NCBI GenBank assembly: GCA_964492965.1
Contig: CAZBME010000001.1
Span: forward strand, 43,382 to 107,381
DNA length: 64,000 nucleotides
Reading direction: 5' to 3'
From: an uncultured Syntrophaceae bacterium
GTDB taxonomy: Bacteria > Desulfobacterota > Syntrophia > Syntrophales > UBA8958
The notes under the pieces were generated by a model. It was given only the letters and a program-made list of their open reading frames with translations, was not told the DNA's origin and did not search any database. Both the position numbers and the translations under genes were made by a program. Shown piece after piece: positions 1-9,535 of the stretch (the first letter of the stretch is position 1; each line of letters opens with the position of its first letter).

Positions 1-263
1 TTGACGATAATATCGACTGTTCCGAACTCCTTAATGGCTGTATCCACCATCTTCTGGACGATTTCCCGGGAGGCCACGCTGCCGATAACGGCCACGGCCT
101 GTCCGCCCTGCGCCTTGATTTTTTCCACAACAGCGTTGGCATCGGCTTCATTGACATCATTAACGATGATTTTTGCGCCCTCCTCGGCAAAGCGCAAAAC
201 GATACCCTCTCCAATGCCTCGTCCGGAACCCGTCACAATGGCCACTTTGTCCTTCAGTCTCAT
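1..263 (-). CDS. Short-chain dehydrogenase/reductase (FabG-like), 5' part only; the gene runs off the left edge
   Basis: My reverse-strand translation from the ATG at 263..261 gives MRLKDKVAIVTGSGRGIGEGIVLRFAEEGAKIIVNDVNEADANAVVEKIKAQGGQAVAV..., the classic SDR Rossmann TGxxxGIG motif. The listed + ORF 1..333 is its antisense shadow. Confidence 0.8.
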   Translation of the reverse strand, partial: MRLKDKVAIVTGSGRGIGEGIVLRFAEEGAKIIVNDVNEADANAVVEKIKAQGGQAVAVIGSVASREIVQKMVDTAIKEFGTVDIIV

Positions 264-648
264 CTCTTTAATCCTCCTAAATTATGTACTTGGTTTTTTT
301 ATAATAGCCCACGACCAGCCGCCATGCGACTGATCTGGTAGGTTCATTCGCTTTTTCGTGTCCTCTTATTGATTAATTCGTTAAATATGTCAAGAAGCAA
401 GATGATGCTCCCCACACCATTGATAGGCCTACGGTGGCGATTCATCGTTTCTTTCTCCTTCTTTAACGTTTCTTTTAAGTGAATGGCCGAGGCTTAGAAA
501 CATCTTGCCCCTTGACTATCAGGCGTGCGCACTATTTACCCTTAATATCTGTATACTTATAATTATATACTGAAGGTTGACAGGTTTGGCATGGTTTTTT
601 CTATAGGTATTACAAAAACAAATAAATAATTCAATGGAGGATACAAAA

Positions 649-924
649 ATGAAAAAGACATTAGGAACCATGATGGTATCGGCGGTAGTGGTATTGATGA
701 CGGCAACCTTCAGCTTCGCGGAATTTGCCGTTGCGGGTGCCGGCAATTTCCCTTACTTTCAGTTGGGCTGCCTGATCATTGGCGGCATGATCATCATTTC
801 GCTCAAGCATAAATATGAAAAGATCTACACCAATGAGGCAGTCGGCGCTTTCGCCCTGTATACGGTTCTGATCGCCCTGTTCACGAATCCTGTTGTGGAC
901 ACTCTGAAGAATATGGTCAGCTAG
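649..924 (+). CDS. Small hypothetical exported/membrane protein
   Basis: ORF 634..924. The second ATG at 649 lies a few nt after GGAGGA. MKKTLGTMMVSAVVVLMTATFSFA looks like a signal peptide and is followed by hydrophobic helices. No family recognised. Confidence 0.45.
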   Translation: MKKTLGTMMVSAVVVLMTATFSFAEFAVAGAGNFPYFQLGCLIIGGMIIISLKHKYEKIYTNEAVGAFALYTVLIALFTNPVVDTLKNMVS

Positions 925-964
925 AAAACGAACTCATATTCCCGGATACTTTTTATTAACCCAT

Positions 965-1006
965 AAAAAAGCCCCTTCAACGATAACGATGAGGGGGCTT
1001 TTTATT
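965..1006. terminator. Bidirectional intrinsic terminator between convergent genes
   Basis: The stem GCCCCUUCA (971-979) pairs with UGAGGGGGC (990-998). It is flanked by an A-run (965-970) and a T-run (999-1003), so it can terminate either strand. Confidence 0.7.
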
Positions 1007-1020
1007 GATCTTCAACCGGT

Positions 1021-2682
1021 TTATTTCTTCGCTTTGGCAATCTCCTCGTCGCGCAGAATCTTGCGCAGGATCTTTCCTACAGCTGATTTTGGGATGGATT
1101 CCCGGAACTCGACCTGCTTGGGCACCTTGTATGGCGCCAACTTTTCCTTGCAGAAATCGATAATATCCTTCTCCGTAGCCGTTTCGCCCGGTTTGAGCAC
1201 CACAAAGACCTTTACTGTCTCGCCACGGTAAGCGTCGGGGATACCGACGGTCACGCCCTCGGCCACTTTGGGATTCTGATAAAGAACTTCGTCCACTTCA
1301 CGGGGATAAATGTTGAATCCGCCGGCAATAATCATGTCTTTCTTCCGGTCCACAATATAGATGTAGCCGTCTTCATCCAACTGACCAACATCGCCCGTAT
1401 GGAGCCAGCCGTCGGTCAGCTGGTTTGCCGTCTCTTCAGGATTGTTCCAGTAACCCTGCATGACGTTCGGGCCCTTAAAGAGAATCTCGCCGGGATCGCC
1501 GGGCTTCACATCTTCAATACCGTTTTCCACATCCACCAGCCGCACATCATTGTCCATGATGGGAATGCCTATGGAACCGACCTTGTTTGCCAGAATCGGG
1601 TTGCCTATGCCCACTGAAGTGGTTTCGCTCATACCCCATCCCTCACCAAAATTGATCCCCATGTCTCTCACCTTCATGATGAGCTCCGTAGGCATTGGAG
1701 CGCCTCCGGAATTGATCAGCCTGATGCGTTCTCCCAGTTTCAGTTCTTCTGCCTTCGGATGATTAACGATAGCGGTGATCATGGTCGGCACGGCCGGGAA
1801 GAAGGTGAATTGATCGAACCTGGCAATGGTGCCCATGAACTCGTCCATATCGAAACGGGGCAGCAGAACTTGTGTTGCGGCATTCATTAATGCCCAGTTC
1901 ATGCTGACGATATTGCCGTAAATATGAAAATAGGGAATGATGCCTATGACATTCCGCTTTTCGTACGGCGTAAAAACAACCAGCGGATTACCCCAAAGGG
2001 AGCACTGGAATACCGCTGCGATAATATTCGCATGGGTCAGAAGCGCACCTTTGGGCAGCCCCGTTGTACCACCCGTAAACTGAATCAGCGCTGCATCCTC
2101 GGGCGTAACAATGACACGGGGGAGCCGTGTATCCGTGCAACCCTCAATGAGTTCGGAAAAATGGTGCCAGCCTTCATCCAACTCAAGTGTTTTGGCAGTG
2201 CTCACACCGAACCCGTTGATGTAATCCGTTACTCTGGTCACAATCATCCGCTTGAGTTCCAGCTCTCTCGCCAAAGGACGCATGGTCGGTAGCGCCCCGT
2301 CGAATGTGATGAGCGTCTCCTGGCCGGTATTTTCCATCATAAACTTGAGTTCATCATGGGTATACAAGGGATTCATGTTGACAACCATGGCGCCTACGGA
2401 CAGCGTGGCGTGGTAAGCAATAATGTACTGGGGACAATTCGGCAAGGCTATGCCTACCCGATCGCCCTTTTTCACCCCGAGCTGGGCCAGGGCGTTGGCC
2501 ATTCGGAGCACTTGAGTCCGAAGCTGACTGAAAGTCATTTCCGAGCCGTAAAAATCCACTGCAGCCTTGTGCGGAAATTGCGCGGCCGCGATATGCACCA
2601 GGTTTTGAACGGGAAATCTGGGATAGCGGATTGTGGTGGGAACGTTGTAGTCATAATGCTTGTGCCAGGATCTTGTTTCCAA
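1021..2682 (-). CDS. AMP-dependent acyl-CoA synthetase (long-chain fatty acid--CoA ligase-like)
   Basis: 553 aa. AMP-binding signatures are present: LIQFTGGTTGLPKGALLTH, GEGWGMSET, TGDVGQLDEDGYIYIVDRKKD, and a C-terminal PKSAVGKILRK. Confidence 0.85.
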   Translation of the reverse strand: METRSWHKHYDYNVPTTIRYPRFPVQNLVHIAAAQFPHKAAVDFYGSEMTFSQLRTQVLRMANALAQLGVKKGDRVGIALPNCPQYIIAYHATLSVGAMVVNMNPLYTHDELKFMMENTGQETLITFDGALPTMRPLARELELKRMIVTRVTDYINGFGVSTAKTLELDEGWHHFSELIEGCTDTRLPRVIVTPEDAALIQFTGGTTGLPKGALLTHANIIAAVFQCSLWGNPLVVFTPYEKRNVIGIIPYFHIYGNIVSMNWALMNAATQVLLPRFDMDEFMGTIARFDQFTFFPAVPTMITAIVNHPKAEELKLGERIRLINSGGAPMPTELIMKVRDMGINFGEGWGMSETTSVGIGNPILANKVGSIGIPIMDNDVRLVDVENGIEDVKPGDPGEILFKGPNVMQGYWNNPEETANQLTDGWLHTGDVGQLDEDGYIYIVDRKKDMIIAGGFNIYPREVDEVLYQNPKVAEGVTVGIPDAYRGETVKVFVVLKPGETATEKDIIDFCKEKLAPYKVPKQVEFRESIPKSAVGKILRKILRDEEIAKAKK

Positions 2683-2847
2683 ATACTTGTACCTCCTTTT
2701 TTTTATATCAACACACAGCTTATGCCGTGAAGTTGACCCCCATATTGCTATCTATCGATGATTTGCGACCGGTTTATTTGCAGCGTCCTATATTACAAAC
2801 TCACCCCTATTGCAATATTATTATAACATCCGCTAGATTTCGGTAAC

Positions 2848-3714
2848 TTAAACACAGCAGGGAACAGAGCGTCCCGACAGCAGGGCCATCTGATATTTGC
2901 GGCATGGCAACAGATCCGCAATAAGATCGTTCCTGATTTCTCCAAGCGTTTTAAATTGATATCCTTGATTGCTCATATTTTTTATAAGATTAAAAAAAAC
3001 GTCGCGCCATATCCCACCCTCCGCTTCTGCATGGACCGGCAAAATATGGAGCCCCCTGTCACTAATCTTTTTCATAATCAACGCCAATCCGGCACTCACA
3101 CCAACTTCTTCAAAACAGGGGAGGTCCGACGGAATCTCCGGAATATTAAGGCCTTCGTGAAGAAAAGGGGCGGGAGCCCTGGTACAACTGAGGTACTCCC
3201 AGGAATACTCTTTCAAAACGTGCAGGACGCGATCATCGATCAGCCAGGCAGGAGCCCCGAACGACGTTGGCCTTCGATCCGTCAACTGCTCGAAGGCAGC
3301 TATCCCTTTCTCCAGCCAATCACGGATCCATGATTCCGACCGTCCGTAAAGGCCATCCTGCCAACGCCGGTGATCCCATGCATGAAGTTGAACTTCGTGA
3401 CCATCAGCGATTATTTTGCGAACAATATCAGGAAAAGAAAGGGCAATCATCGGGGACGGCAGCAAGGTGCCGTAAAGGGCGGTCCGGAATCCGTACAATC
3501 CCGGCGCGTTTGAATGGATCATTTTTTTTAGAAAGCGGGGATTCTTCAGGAGCTGCAAAACGGCCAGGCCCGAGGCATCCGGTCCCATGCTCAAATAAAA
3601 GGTCCCCTTGACGGAAAGCTCCGCCATAACACTCAAAAGGCGGGGAACGCCATTTTTCATGCCCTGATAGGTGTCGACATCGATTTTCAGACCAAGGACA
3701 CCATCAGCACACAT
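2848..3714 (-). CDS. arnD: Polysaccharide deacetylase family, ArnD-like 4-deoxy-4-formamido-L-arabinose-phosphoundecaprenol deformylase
   Basis: 288 aa. The N-terminus LKIDVDTYQGMKNGVPRLL...GTFYLSMGPD resembles ArnD from memory. It is the last gene of the arn-type operon. Confidence 0.7.
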   Translation of the reverse strand: MCADGVLGLKIDVDTYQGMKNGVPRLLSVMAELSVKGTFYLSMGPDASGLAVLQLLKNPRFLKKMIHSNAPGLYGFRTALYGTLLPSPMIALSFPDIVRKIIADGHEVQLHAWDHRRWQDGLYGRSESWIRDWLEKGIAAFEQLTDRRPTSFGAPAWLIDDRVLHVLKEYSWEYLSCTRAPAPFLHEGLNIPEIPSDLPCFEEVGVSAGLALIMKKISDRGLHILPVHAEAEGGIWRDVFFNLIKNMSNQGYQFKTLGEIRNDLIADLLPCRKYQMALLSGRSVPCCV

Positions 3715-3791
3715 TTTTCATAAACCCTCGCGTTTTCTGATTCTTGCGGGAAGATTGGGCGTCCTGCGTTTTGAACAAACCACAAAGAAAC

Positions 3792-4811
3792 CTATTCATT
3801 CTCTTCGAGAAACGAATAAATCGTCATTTTCAGTGAATCTTCCAAGCCGACCTGCGGGCTCCAGCCAAGCAATTTTCTGGCCTGCTCAATGCTGGGTTTC
3901 CGCGTATAAATATCCTGGTAACCCTTGCCATAGAACGTATCCGACGGAACCTCGACAATTTCCGAATATTTGTCGTCATTGAGATGTTGCGGGTGGCTCA
4001 TGAAAATCCGTTTCATGATATTGGCCAGTTCCTTTACGGAACAATCATTGTCGGGATTTCCGATATTGATGATCTGGTTTTTGCAAAGATCATCACGATT
4101 TTCGAGAATCTTCATGAGTGCGGAAATACCGTCATCCACGTAGGTGAAACAGCGTTTCTGGAAACCGCCATCCACCAGGGAAATCGGTCGTTTCATGAGT
4201 AGCTCGGCGATGAACTGGGTAACGACACGGGAACTGCCTTCCTTGGCCGTATCCAGGGAATCGAGACGCGGCCCGACCCAGTTGAAAGGACGAAAGAGGG
4301 TGAATTCGAGATGGCCGCGCGTTCCGTAGGCATAAATGACACGGTCCAGAAGCTGTTTGCAGCAGGAATAAATCCATCGTTCTTTCTGAATGGGACCCAC
4401 AACGAGAAAACTTTCGTCTTCCTTGAATTCCGCATCGGGACAGGCGCCGTAAACCTCGGATGTCGAAGGGAAGACCACACGTTTATGGTATTTAACGCAC
4501 TGCTTGATAATATTGAGATTCATTTCAAAATCAAGGTTATAGACAGCAATGGGATCTTCCACGTACAGCTTGGGTGTTGCAATCGCCACAAGGGGCATGA
4601 TCACGTCGCATTTTTTAATATGATATTCAATCCACTCCTTGTTGATGGAAATATCTCCCTCTAGAAAATGGAAGCGCGGATTGTGGATGGCCTTTTCCAG
4701 ACGCTCATCACCCAGATCCATCCCATAAACCGTCCAATCCGTCGTATCGAGAATCCGGTTGGTCAAATGATGACCAATGAACCCGTTTACCCCTAAAATC
4801 AAGATTTTCAT
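3792..4811 (-). CDS. arnA: UDP-glucuronate decarboxylase/dehydrogenase, equivalent to the ArnA C-terminal domain, as a separate gene
   Basis: 339 aa. MKILILGVNGFIGHHLTNRIL...YGMD matches the ArnA C-domain Rossmann start. It has the SDR-extended fold motifs, and its ATG overlaps the stop of the formyltransferase gene (ATGA). Confidence 0.8.
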   Translation of the reverse strand: MKILILGVNGFIGHHLTNRILDTTDWTVYGMDLGDERLEKAIHNPRFHFLEGDISINKEWIEYHIKKCDVIMPLVAIATPKLYVEDPIAVYNLDFEMNLNIIKQCVKYHKRVVFPSTSEVYGACPDAEFKEDESFLVVGPIQKERWIYSCCKQLLDRVIYAYGTRGHLEFTLFRPFNWVGPRLDSLDTAKEGSSRVVTQFIAELLMKRPISLVDGGFQKRCFTYVDDGISALMKILENRDDLCKNQIINIGNPDNDCSVKELANIMKRIFMSHPQHLNDDKYSEIVEVPSDTFYGKGYQDIYTRKPSIEQARKLLGWSPQVGLEDSLKMTIYSFLEENE

Positions 4812-5731
4812 TTTAATCTAATCCCTTCTCTGCTCTTAAAATATGCGTATATGTCGTTGTCCTTATATCTCATCCCCGCAATCTCAACATCAAGAAGCCG
4901 GATGCTCCCCTCCCCTGCTGAAACCATGACATCTTCACCGAGGATGCTTACAACACCCGGTTGATTTCGGACCATTCTCCCGCCTTCCGGAACTCCCCAC
5001 CAGACGACTATTTCCTGACCATCGGGCAAGTGGGCAAAGGCTCCGGGATAAGGATCCGTTACAGCACGTATGAGATTATAGATTCTCACCGCCGGCCATT
5101 GCCAATCAATCAGACCATCAGACCGTCTTCGACCGGCGAAAGTGGTCGCCAGGCTTTCCTCTTGGGGAATCCGGGGTGTCCGTCCCGCTTTGATAAGCGG
5201 CAAGGCTTCCTCCAGGAGGGTCGATGCCGCTTTACAGAGTTTTCCATAGAGCGTCAGCGCCGTATCCTGAAAATCAATGCCGACGGCCCGCTGGCCTACG
5301 ATATCTCCCGCATCAGCCCTCTTTACCATATAATGAAGGGTCACACCCGTTTCTTTTTCCCCATGAATCAGCGCCCAGTTCACCGGCACCCGCCCGCGAT
5401 AAGCGGGAAGCAGCGACCCATGCAGATTAAAGGCGCCTCCCGGCGGTATATCCAGAATCCGCTGGCAGATGAGTTGCCGGTAGTAAAAGGAGAATATTAC
5501 ATCCGGCGTCAGGCCGGCGATTCTCTCAATCCATTCGTCCGTATTGACATTTTCCGGCGTATAGACAGGAATAGCGTGTTCTTTTGCCCATTGTGCAACG
5601 GATCCAAACCAGCAGTTCTCGCCGGGGTCATCCTCATGGGTAAAAATTGCTTTCACTGCAAAACCGAACCGCTTTAAGGCGTCAAGACCTGTCAGGCCCA
5701 TGTTGTGATAGGCAAAGACAACGGCTTTCAA
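4808..5731 (-). CDS. arnA: UDP-4-amino-4-deoxy-L-arabinose formyltransferase, equivalent to the ArnA N-terminal domain, as a separate gene
   Basis: 307 aa. MKAVVFAYHNMGLTGLDAL...IFTHEDDPGE...SVAQWAKEHAIPVYTPENVN...PDVIFSFYYR is close to the E. coli ArnA N-terminus as I recall it. TTG start in a TTGA overlap with the arnC stop. Confidence 0.85.
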   Translation of the reverse strand: MKAVVFAYHNMGLTGLDALKRFGFAVKAIFTHEDDPGENCWFGSVAQWAKEHAIPVYTPENVNTDEWIERIAGLTPDVIFSFYYRQLICQRILDIPPGGAFNLHGSLLPAYRGRVPVNWALIHGEKETGVTLHYMVKRADAGDIVGQRAVGIDFQDTALTLYGKLCKAASTLLEEALPLIKAGRTPRIPQEESLATTFAGRRRSDGLIDWQWPAVRIYNLIRAVTDPYPGAFAHLPDGQEIVVWWGVPEGGRMVRNQPGVVSILGEDVMVSAGEGSIRLLDVEIAGMRYKDNDIYAYFKSREGIRLK

Positions 5732-6675
5732 GAGCCGCCCTCCGATGCATCGCGACCATGGATATTCTCAATGACATATTCCGGACGTTTACGAACTTCC
5801 TGGTATATGCGGCCGATATACTCACCTATAACACCAAGGGCAAAAAACTGCATACCGACAAAGACAAACAGAATGGCAAAGAGCGTAAACACGCCCTGGG
5901 CCGCCCAGCCTGCCCCGTAAACCAGACGGGCAACTGCCAGGAAAATACCGAAAAAAGTACCCAGTACCGACATGCCGATGCCGCCATACATAAGCAGCTT
6001 CATGGGCAGATTGGAAAATGAGGCTACAAGATCAAACTGAAGATTGATCAGTTTTCTTAACGGATAATTCGATTTCCCCCCGTGCCGTTCTTCGTGGGCC
6101 ACTTCAATCTCCGTGATCCGTTTGCCGAAGACGGTCGCCAGGGCCGGAATAAAAGTCGCATGCTCGTGGCAGGCGATCATACGCTCCACGACGGGGCGCC
6201 TGTAAGCTCTGAGCATGCACCCCCAGTCCGTCATCCGAACACCGGTGATCTTCCTTGCCAACTGGTTAATGATTTTCGAGGGAACAATTCGAAACAGGGA
6301 ATCTTTCCTTCCTTTTCTTATCGATCCGACCACATCATAGCTGCCCTCTTCCATCACCTTGACCAGTCGGGGGATCTCTTCCGGCGGGTTTTGCAGATCG
6401 GCATCAAGGGTAACAACGATATCACCCCGGACGATTGAAAAACCGGCCATAATTGCCGCATGCTGACCGTAGTTTCTCGTCAGTTCTACAACCCTCAGTT
6501 CCGGCTCCTTCAATGTCATCTCCTTCAAGATTGAAAGGGATACATCTCGGCTCCCGTCATCGATGATGATAATCTCATAAGGTTTTTTCATGGCCCTCAG
6601 AACGGGCTGCAGGCGTTCCATCAACAGTTTGAGGTTCTTCTCCTCGTTATAGACGGGGATGACCACTGATATCAT
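5728..6675 (-). CDS. arnC: Undecaprenyl-phosphate 4-deoxy-4-formamido-L-arabinose transferase (GT2)
   Basis: 315 aa. GT2 N-terminus ISVVIPVYNEEKNL...IIIDDGSRD...TLDADLQNPPEEI plus two C-terminal TM helices. ATGA overlap with arnB. Confidence 0.85.
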   Translation of the reverse strand: MISVVIPVYNEEKNLKLLMERLQPVLRAMKKPYEIIIIDDGSRDVSLSILKEMTLKEPELRVVELTRNYGQHAAIMAGFSIVRGDIVVTLDADLQNPPEEIPRLVKVMEEGSYDVVGSIRKGRKDSLFRIVPSKIINQLARKITGVRMTDWGCMLRAYRRPVVERMIACHEHATFIPALATVFGKRITEIEVAHEERHGGKSNYPLRKLINLQFDLVASFSNLPMKLLMYGGIGMSVLGTFFGIFLAVARLVYGAGWAAQGVFTLFAILFVFVGMQFFALGVIGEYIGRIYQEVRKRPEYVIENIHGRDASEGGS

Positions 6676-7817
6676 GATAATATCTCCCTGATGGCCTCAC
6701 ACACATAGCCTACATCATCATCAGACATATCCGGAAACAGGGGCAGTGATATGATCCGCCCAGCTGCCCGCTCCGTCTCCGGCAATGTCCCGGTTGCCGT
6801 TTTGAAACGCTCTTTGACATAACTCAACTGATGCGTTGCGGGAAAATGAAGGCCGTAGCCGATATTGAAATCCCCCAAACGGGCCATAAATCGGTCCCGT
6901 TCCATCAATCGTACTTTCACGACAAACAGATGCCAGGCATGTTCATGGGGATAATCGGGCGCCTCCGGCATATCGATGCCATCAAGCCCGGCAAGCCCCT
7001 CCCTGTAAAGACGGGCAATCTCTCCGCGCCGCCTGTTGAACACGGCTACCCGCTCAATCTGCGAGACCCCCAGGGCGGCCTGCATGTCAGTCAGATTATA
7101 TTTAAAACCTGGTGCAGCCACATCGTAATCCGGGTTCCCGCCTTTTCCATAGCGTTTCCAGGCATCCCGCTCAATGCCGTGAAACCTCAGAAGCCTTAAT
7201 TTCGTCTCGAAATCCCCATCATAATGGGTCACCATTCCCCCTTCACCGGTCGTGATATTCTTGATGGGATGGAAAGAGAAAATGGCGGCCTTTCCGAAAC
7301 CACCGGCATGTGTTCCTTTATAAACGGTCCCGACAGCATGGGCGGCATCCTCAATGACGGTTATGCCGTTACGGGCAGATATATCCAAAATCGGGTCCAT
7401 ATCGACAGGTGCGCCGGCAAAATGAACGGGAATAATGGCCTTTGTTCGGCGGTTAATTTTCTCTTCAATGAGCTTTGGGTTGATATTTAACGTACCATAT
7501 TCGCAATCAACAAATACAGGCGTCGCCCCGGCCATGGCAATGATATTGATGGTTGAAACAAAGGTCATGGATGGGGTGATCACTTCATCGCCAGGACCGA
7601 TACCGAGAGCCAGAAGGGTCAGATGCATGCCTGCGGTGGCGGAACTCAGGGACACAGCGTAGTGTGCACCGGTCAACCGTGAAAAGCGTTCTTCAAATTC
7701 CTTGCAGACAGCCCCGGTCGTGATCCAGCCCGAACGGAGGCAGCAGCTCACGGCTTCAATATCCGCTTCACTGATGGATGGCCGGTTTAAAGGCAGGAAA
7801 TCTTCTCGTATCTTCAT
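6672..7817 (-). CDS. arnB: UDP-4-amino-4-deoxy-L-arabinose--oxoglutarate aminotransferase (DegT/DnrJ/EryC1 family)
   Basis: 381 aa of the DegT-type PLP aminotransferase family (FSFHPIKNITTGEGG lysine region). Supported by its position in the arn operon. Confidence 0.8.
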   Translation of the reverse strand: MKIREDFLPLNRPSISEADIEAVSCCLRSGWITTGAVCKEFEERFSRLTGAHYAVSLSSATAGMHLTLLALGIGPGDEVITPSMTFVSTINIIAMAGATPVFVDCEYGTLNINPKLIEEKINRRTKAIIPVHFAGAPVDMDPILDISARNGITVIEDAAHAVGTVYKGTHAGGFGKAAIFSFHPIKNITTGEGGMVTHYDGDFETKLRLLRFHGIERDAWKRYGKGGNPDYDVAAPGFKYNLTDMQAALGVSQIERVAVFNRRRGEIARLYREGLAGLDGIDMPEAPDYPHEHAWHLFVVKVRLMERDRFMARLGDFNIGYGLHFPATHQLSYVKERFKTATGTLPETERAAGRIISLPLFPDMSDDDVGYVCEAIREILS

Positions 7818-7819
7818 CG

Positions 7820-9535
7820 TTATCCTTCCAGATATAACATATAAAATTTTCCATTATTCCACAATATTTTGACATGAGGAACCTGTTTTTGCAACCCCTC
7901 CACATGCCCTATCCCCTCCGTAATACAATATTTCCCCTTGCCTTGTCGAATATTCGCGGAAAATTCTTCTGCCGTGGGAAAATATCGCCGACGTTGCTCG
8001 CTGGAAATACGGTCTGCGCCAAACTTCAGTTCTCCGATATCGTCAACGATGGGCGTTCTCATCCCCGTATGGAAATCAACAGCATACATGGAAATCTTAT
8101 ACTGATAGAGCGGCTCGCCTTTCGGCAGGTAAGTCTTTACTGCTGCAATGATGTCACGGGAGGACTTCCCCGGCGACAAGTAGTGGGTCATGGGAAAGAG
8201 AATGATGGCCATATACAAGGCAAAAAGAAGATATACGGGAAAGAACCAGCCTGAGACAATTCTTCCTTTTGCTAACCCGGGCAAAACAATGATCAGGATT
8301 TGAACGGCAACAGGACCGGCAAACCATAACCAGGCCGGATGGCCGATTTTCTGATATTCAGGGATAAACAGCGGCACAAATACAATACCTGAAAAAAGAA
8401 TCGACTGCAGAACAATTGGAATATTTAGGAATATCTGCCTTTTTGTGCCTTTGTCTTCGCTGGACCGGGACCGCTCCTCATAATTCCTGATAATATGCCC
8501 CATCAGAACGGCCAATGGCGGGAAAATGGGTGTAATATAGGAAGCCAGCTTGGATGAAGATAAGGAAAAAAAGAGAAGGATGATTCCGGCCCAAGCCAAA
8601 AACAAGCATGCCTCTTCTCTTTGAAACATGGTTCTCACGGTGAACCGCTGCATCCCCTTTCTGAGCCCGGAAATAGCCTTCGGCAGGTAGGGCCACCACG
8701 GCAACGCCCCGCCCAGAATGATTAAAATATAATAATAAAAGGGTTCCGTTCTTTCATGCATGGTTGTTGTATAGCGAAGAAAATGCTCTTGAATGAAAAA
8801 AAAGAATAAAAAATCGGGATTTGCCCGTTGAACGAAATAGATCCAGGGTCCGACCATAATCATGAAGACGATGGCGCCCACTGGAGATATTAGCCTGAAT
8901 ACCTCACGCCATTTTCCAAGCCAAAGCAGCCAGAACCCGATAATGGCAAAAGGAAAAATCAGCCCGATCAGCCCTTTTGTTAGAAATGCCAGAGCTGCGC
9001 CGGAATAGAACAGATAAATCCACTTTTTATGGTGTTTCCGATCCTCGGCAAAATAGCGAAATCCGAACCAGATGGTCCAGGCAAGAAATAAAGTAAGCGG
9101 CATATCCAGGATATTGATCCGTCCCAAAGCAAAGGGAAGCAGACAAGTCGTCAAGATGGCCGCACTATAGAGCCCCGTCTTTCGGTCATGAAAATAGCAC
9201 CCCATGAAATAAACCAGAAAAATGCAGCCCCATGCACACAGGGCAGGGAAAAACCGTGATGAGAATTCGTTTTCACCGAAGATTTTGAAGGATAAGGCGG
9301 TTGCCCAGTAACCGAGAGGCGGCTTTTCCAGATAGACAACCCCTTTGAGGTGGGGCGTCACGTAATCGTTGGATTCATTCATGGCTTGCGGTATCAAGGC
9401 ATAGCGGCCTTCATCCGGCTCCATAAGGGGCATGACGGGAAGGAGCCCAAAATAAAGGACCAAGGGAATGAAGAAAAGAATGATGGCTTTATGGATTTTA
9501 GAACCCATATTCATTGCGTTATGCCCAAAATGCAC
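7820..9535 (-). CDS. arnT: GT-C (family 39/83) lipid A 4-amino-4-deoxy-L-arabinose transferase-like
   Basis: 571 aa and polytopic. The N-terminal loop MEPDEGRYALIPQAMNESNDYVTPHLKGVVYLEKPPLGYW is typical of the ArnT/PMT family. Stop lies 2 nt before the arnB start. Confidence 0.75.
   Translation of the reverse strand: MHFGHNAMNMGSKIHKAIILFFIPLVLYFGLLPVMPLMEPDEGRYALIPQAMNESNDYVTPHLKGVVYLEKPPLGYWATALSFKIFGENEFSSRFFPALCAWGCIFLVYFMGCYFHDRKTGLYSAAILTTCLLPFALGRINILDMPLTLFLAWTIWFGFRYFAEDRKHHKKWIYLFYSGAALAFLTKGLIGLIFPFAIIGFWLLWLGKWREVFRLISPVGAIVFMIMVGPWIYFVQRANPDFLFFFFIQEHFLRYTTTMHERTEPFYYYILIILGGALPWWPYLPKAISGLRKGMQRFTVRTMFQREEACLFLAWAGIILLFFSLSSSKLASYITPIFPPLAVLMGHIIRNYEERSRSSEDKGTKRQIFLNIPIVLQSILFSGIVFVPLFIPEYQKIGHPAWLWFAGPVAVQILIIVLPGLAKGRIVSGWFFPVYLLFALYMAIILFPMTHYLSPGKSSRDIIAAVKTYLPKGEPLYQYKISMYAVDFHTGMRTPIVDDIGELKFGADRISSEQRRRYFPTAEEFSANIRQGKGKYCITEGIGHVEGLQKQVPHVKILWNNGKFYMLYLEG

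Noticed and set aside
1-333. Listed + strand ORF of 110 aa at the left edge, and many similar ORFs nested antisense or out of frame inside large genes (for example 4961..5677, 9514..10338, 14053..14790, 26193..27053, 61257..61823)
   Set aside because: Each lies entirely within a well-supported gene on the other strand or in another frame. They have Arg/Pro/Gly/Ser-skewed, low-complexity composition and lack an RBS, so they are shadow ORFs.
577-607. TTGGCATGGTTTTTTC upstream of the small membrane protein, considered as a sigma54 -24/-12 promoter
   Set aside because: The -12 position lacks the GC dinucleotide at the correct spacing. The same region reads better as TTGACA-N18/19-TATAGG (sigma70-like), and even that is weak.
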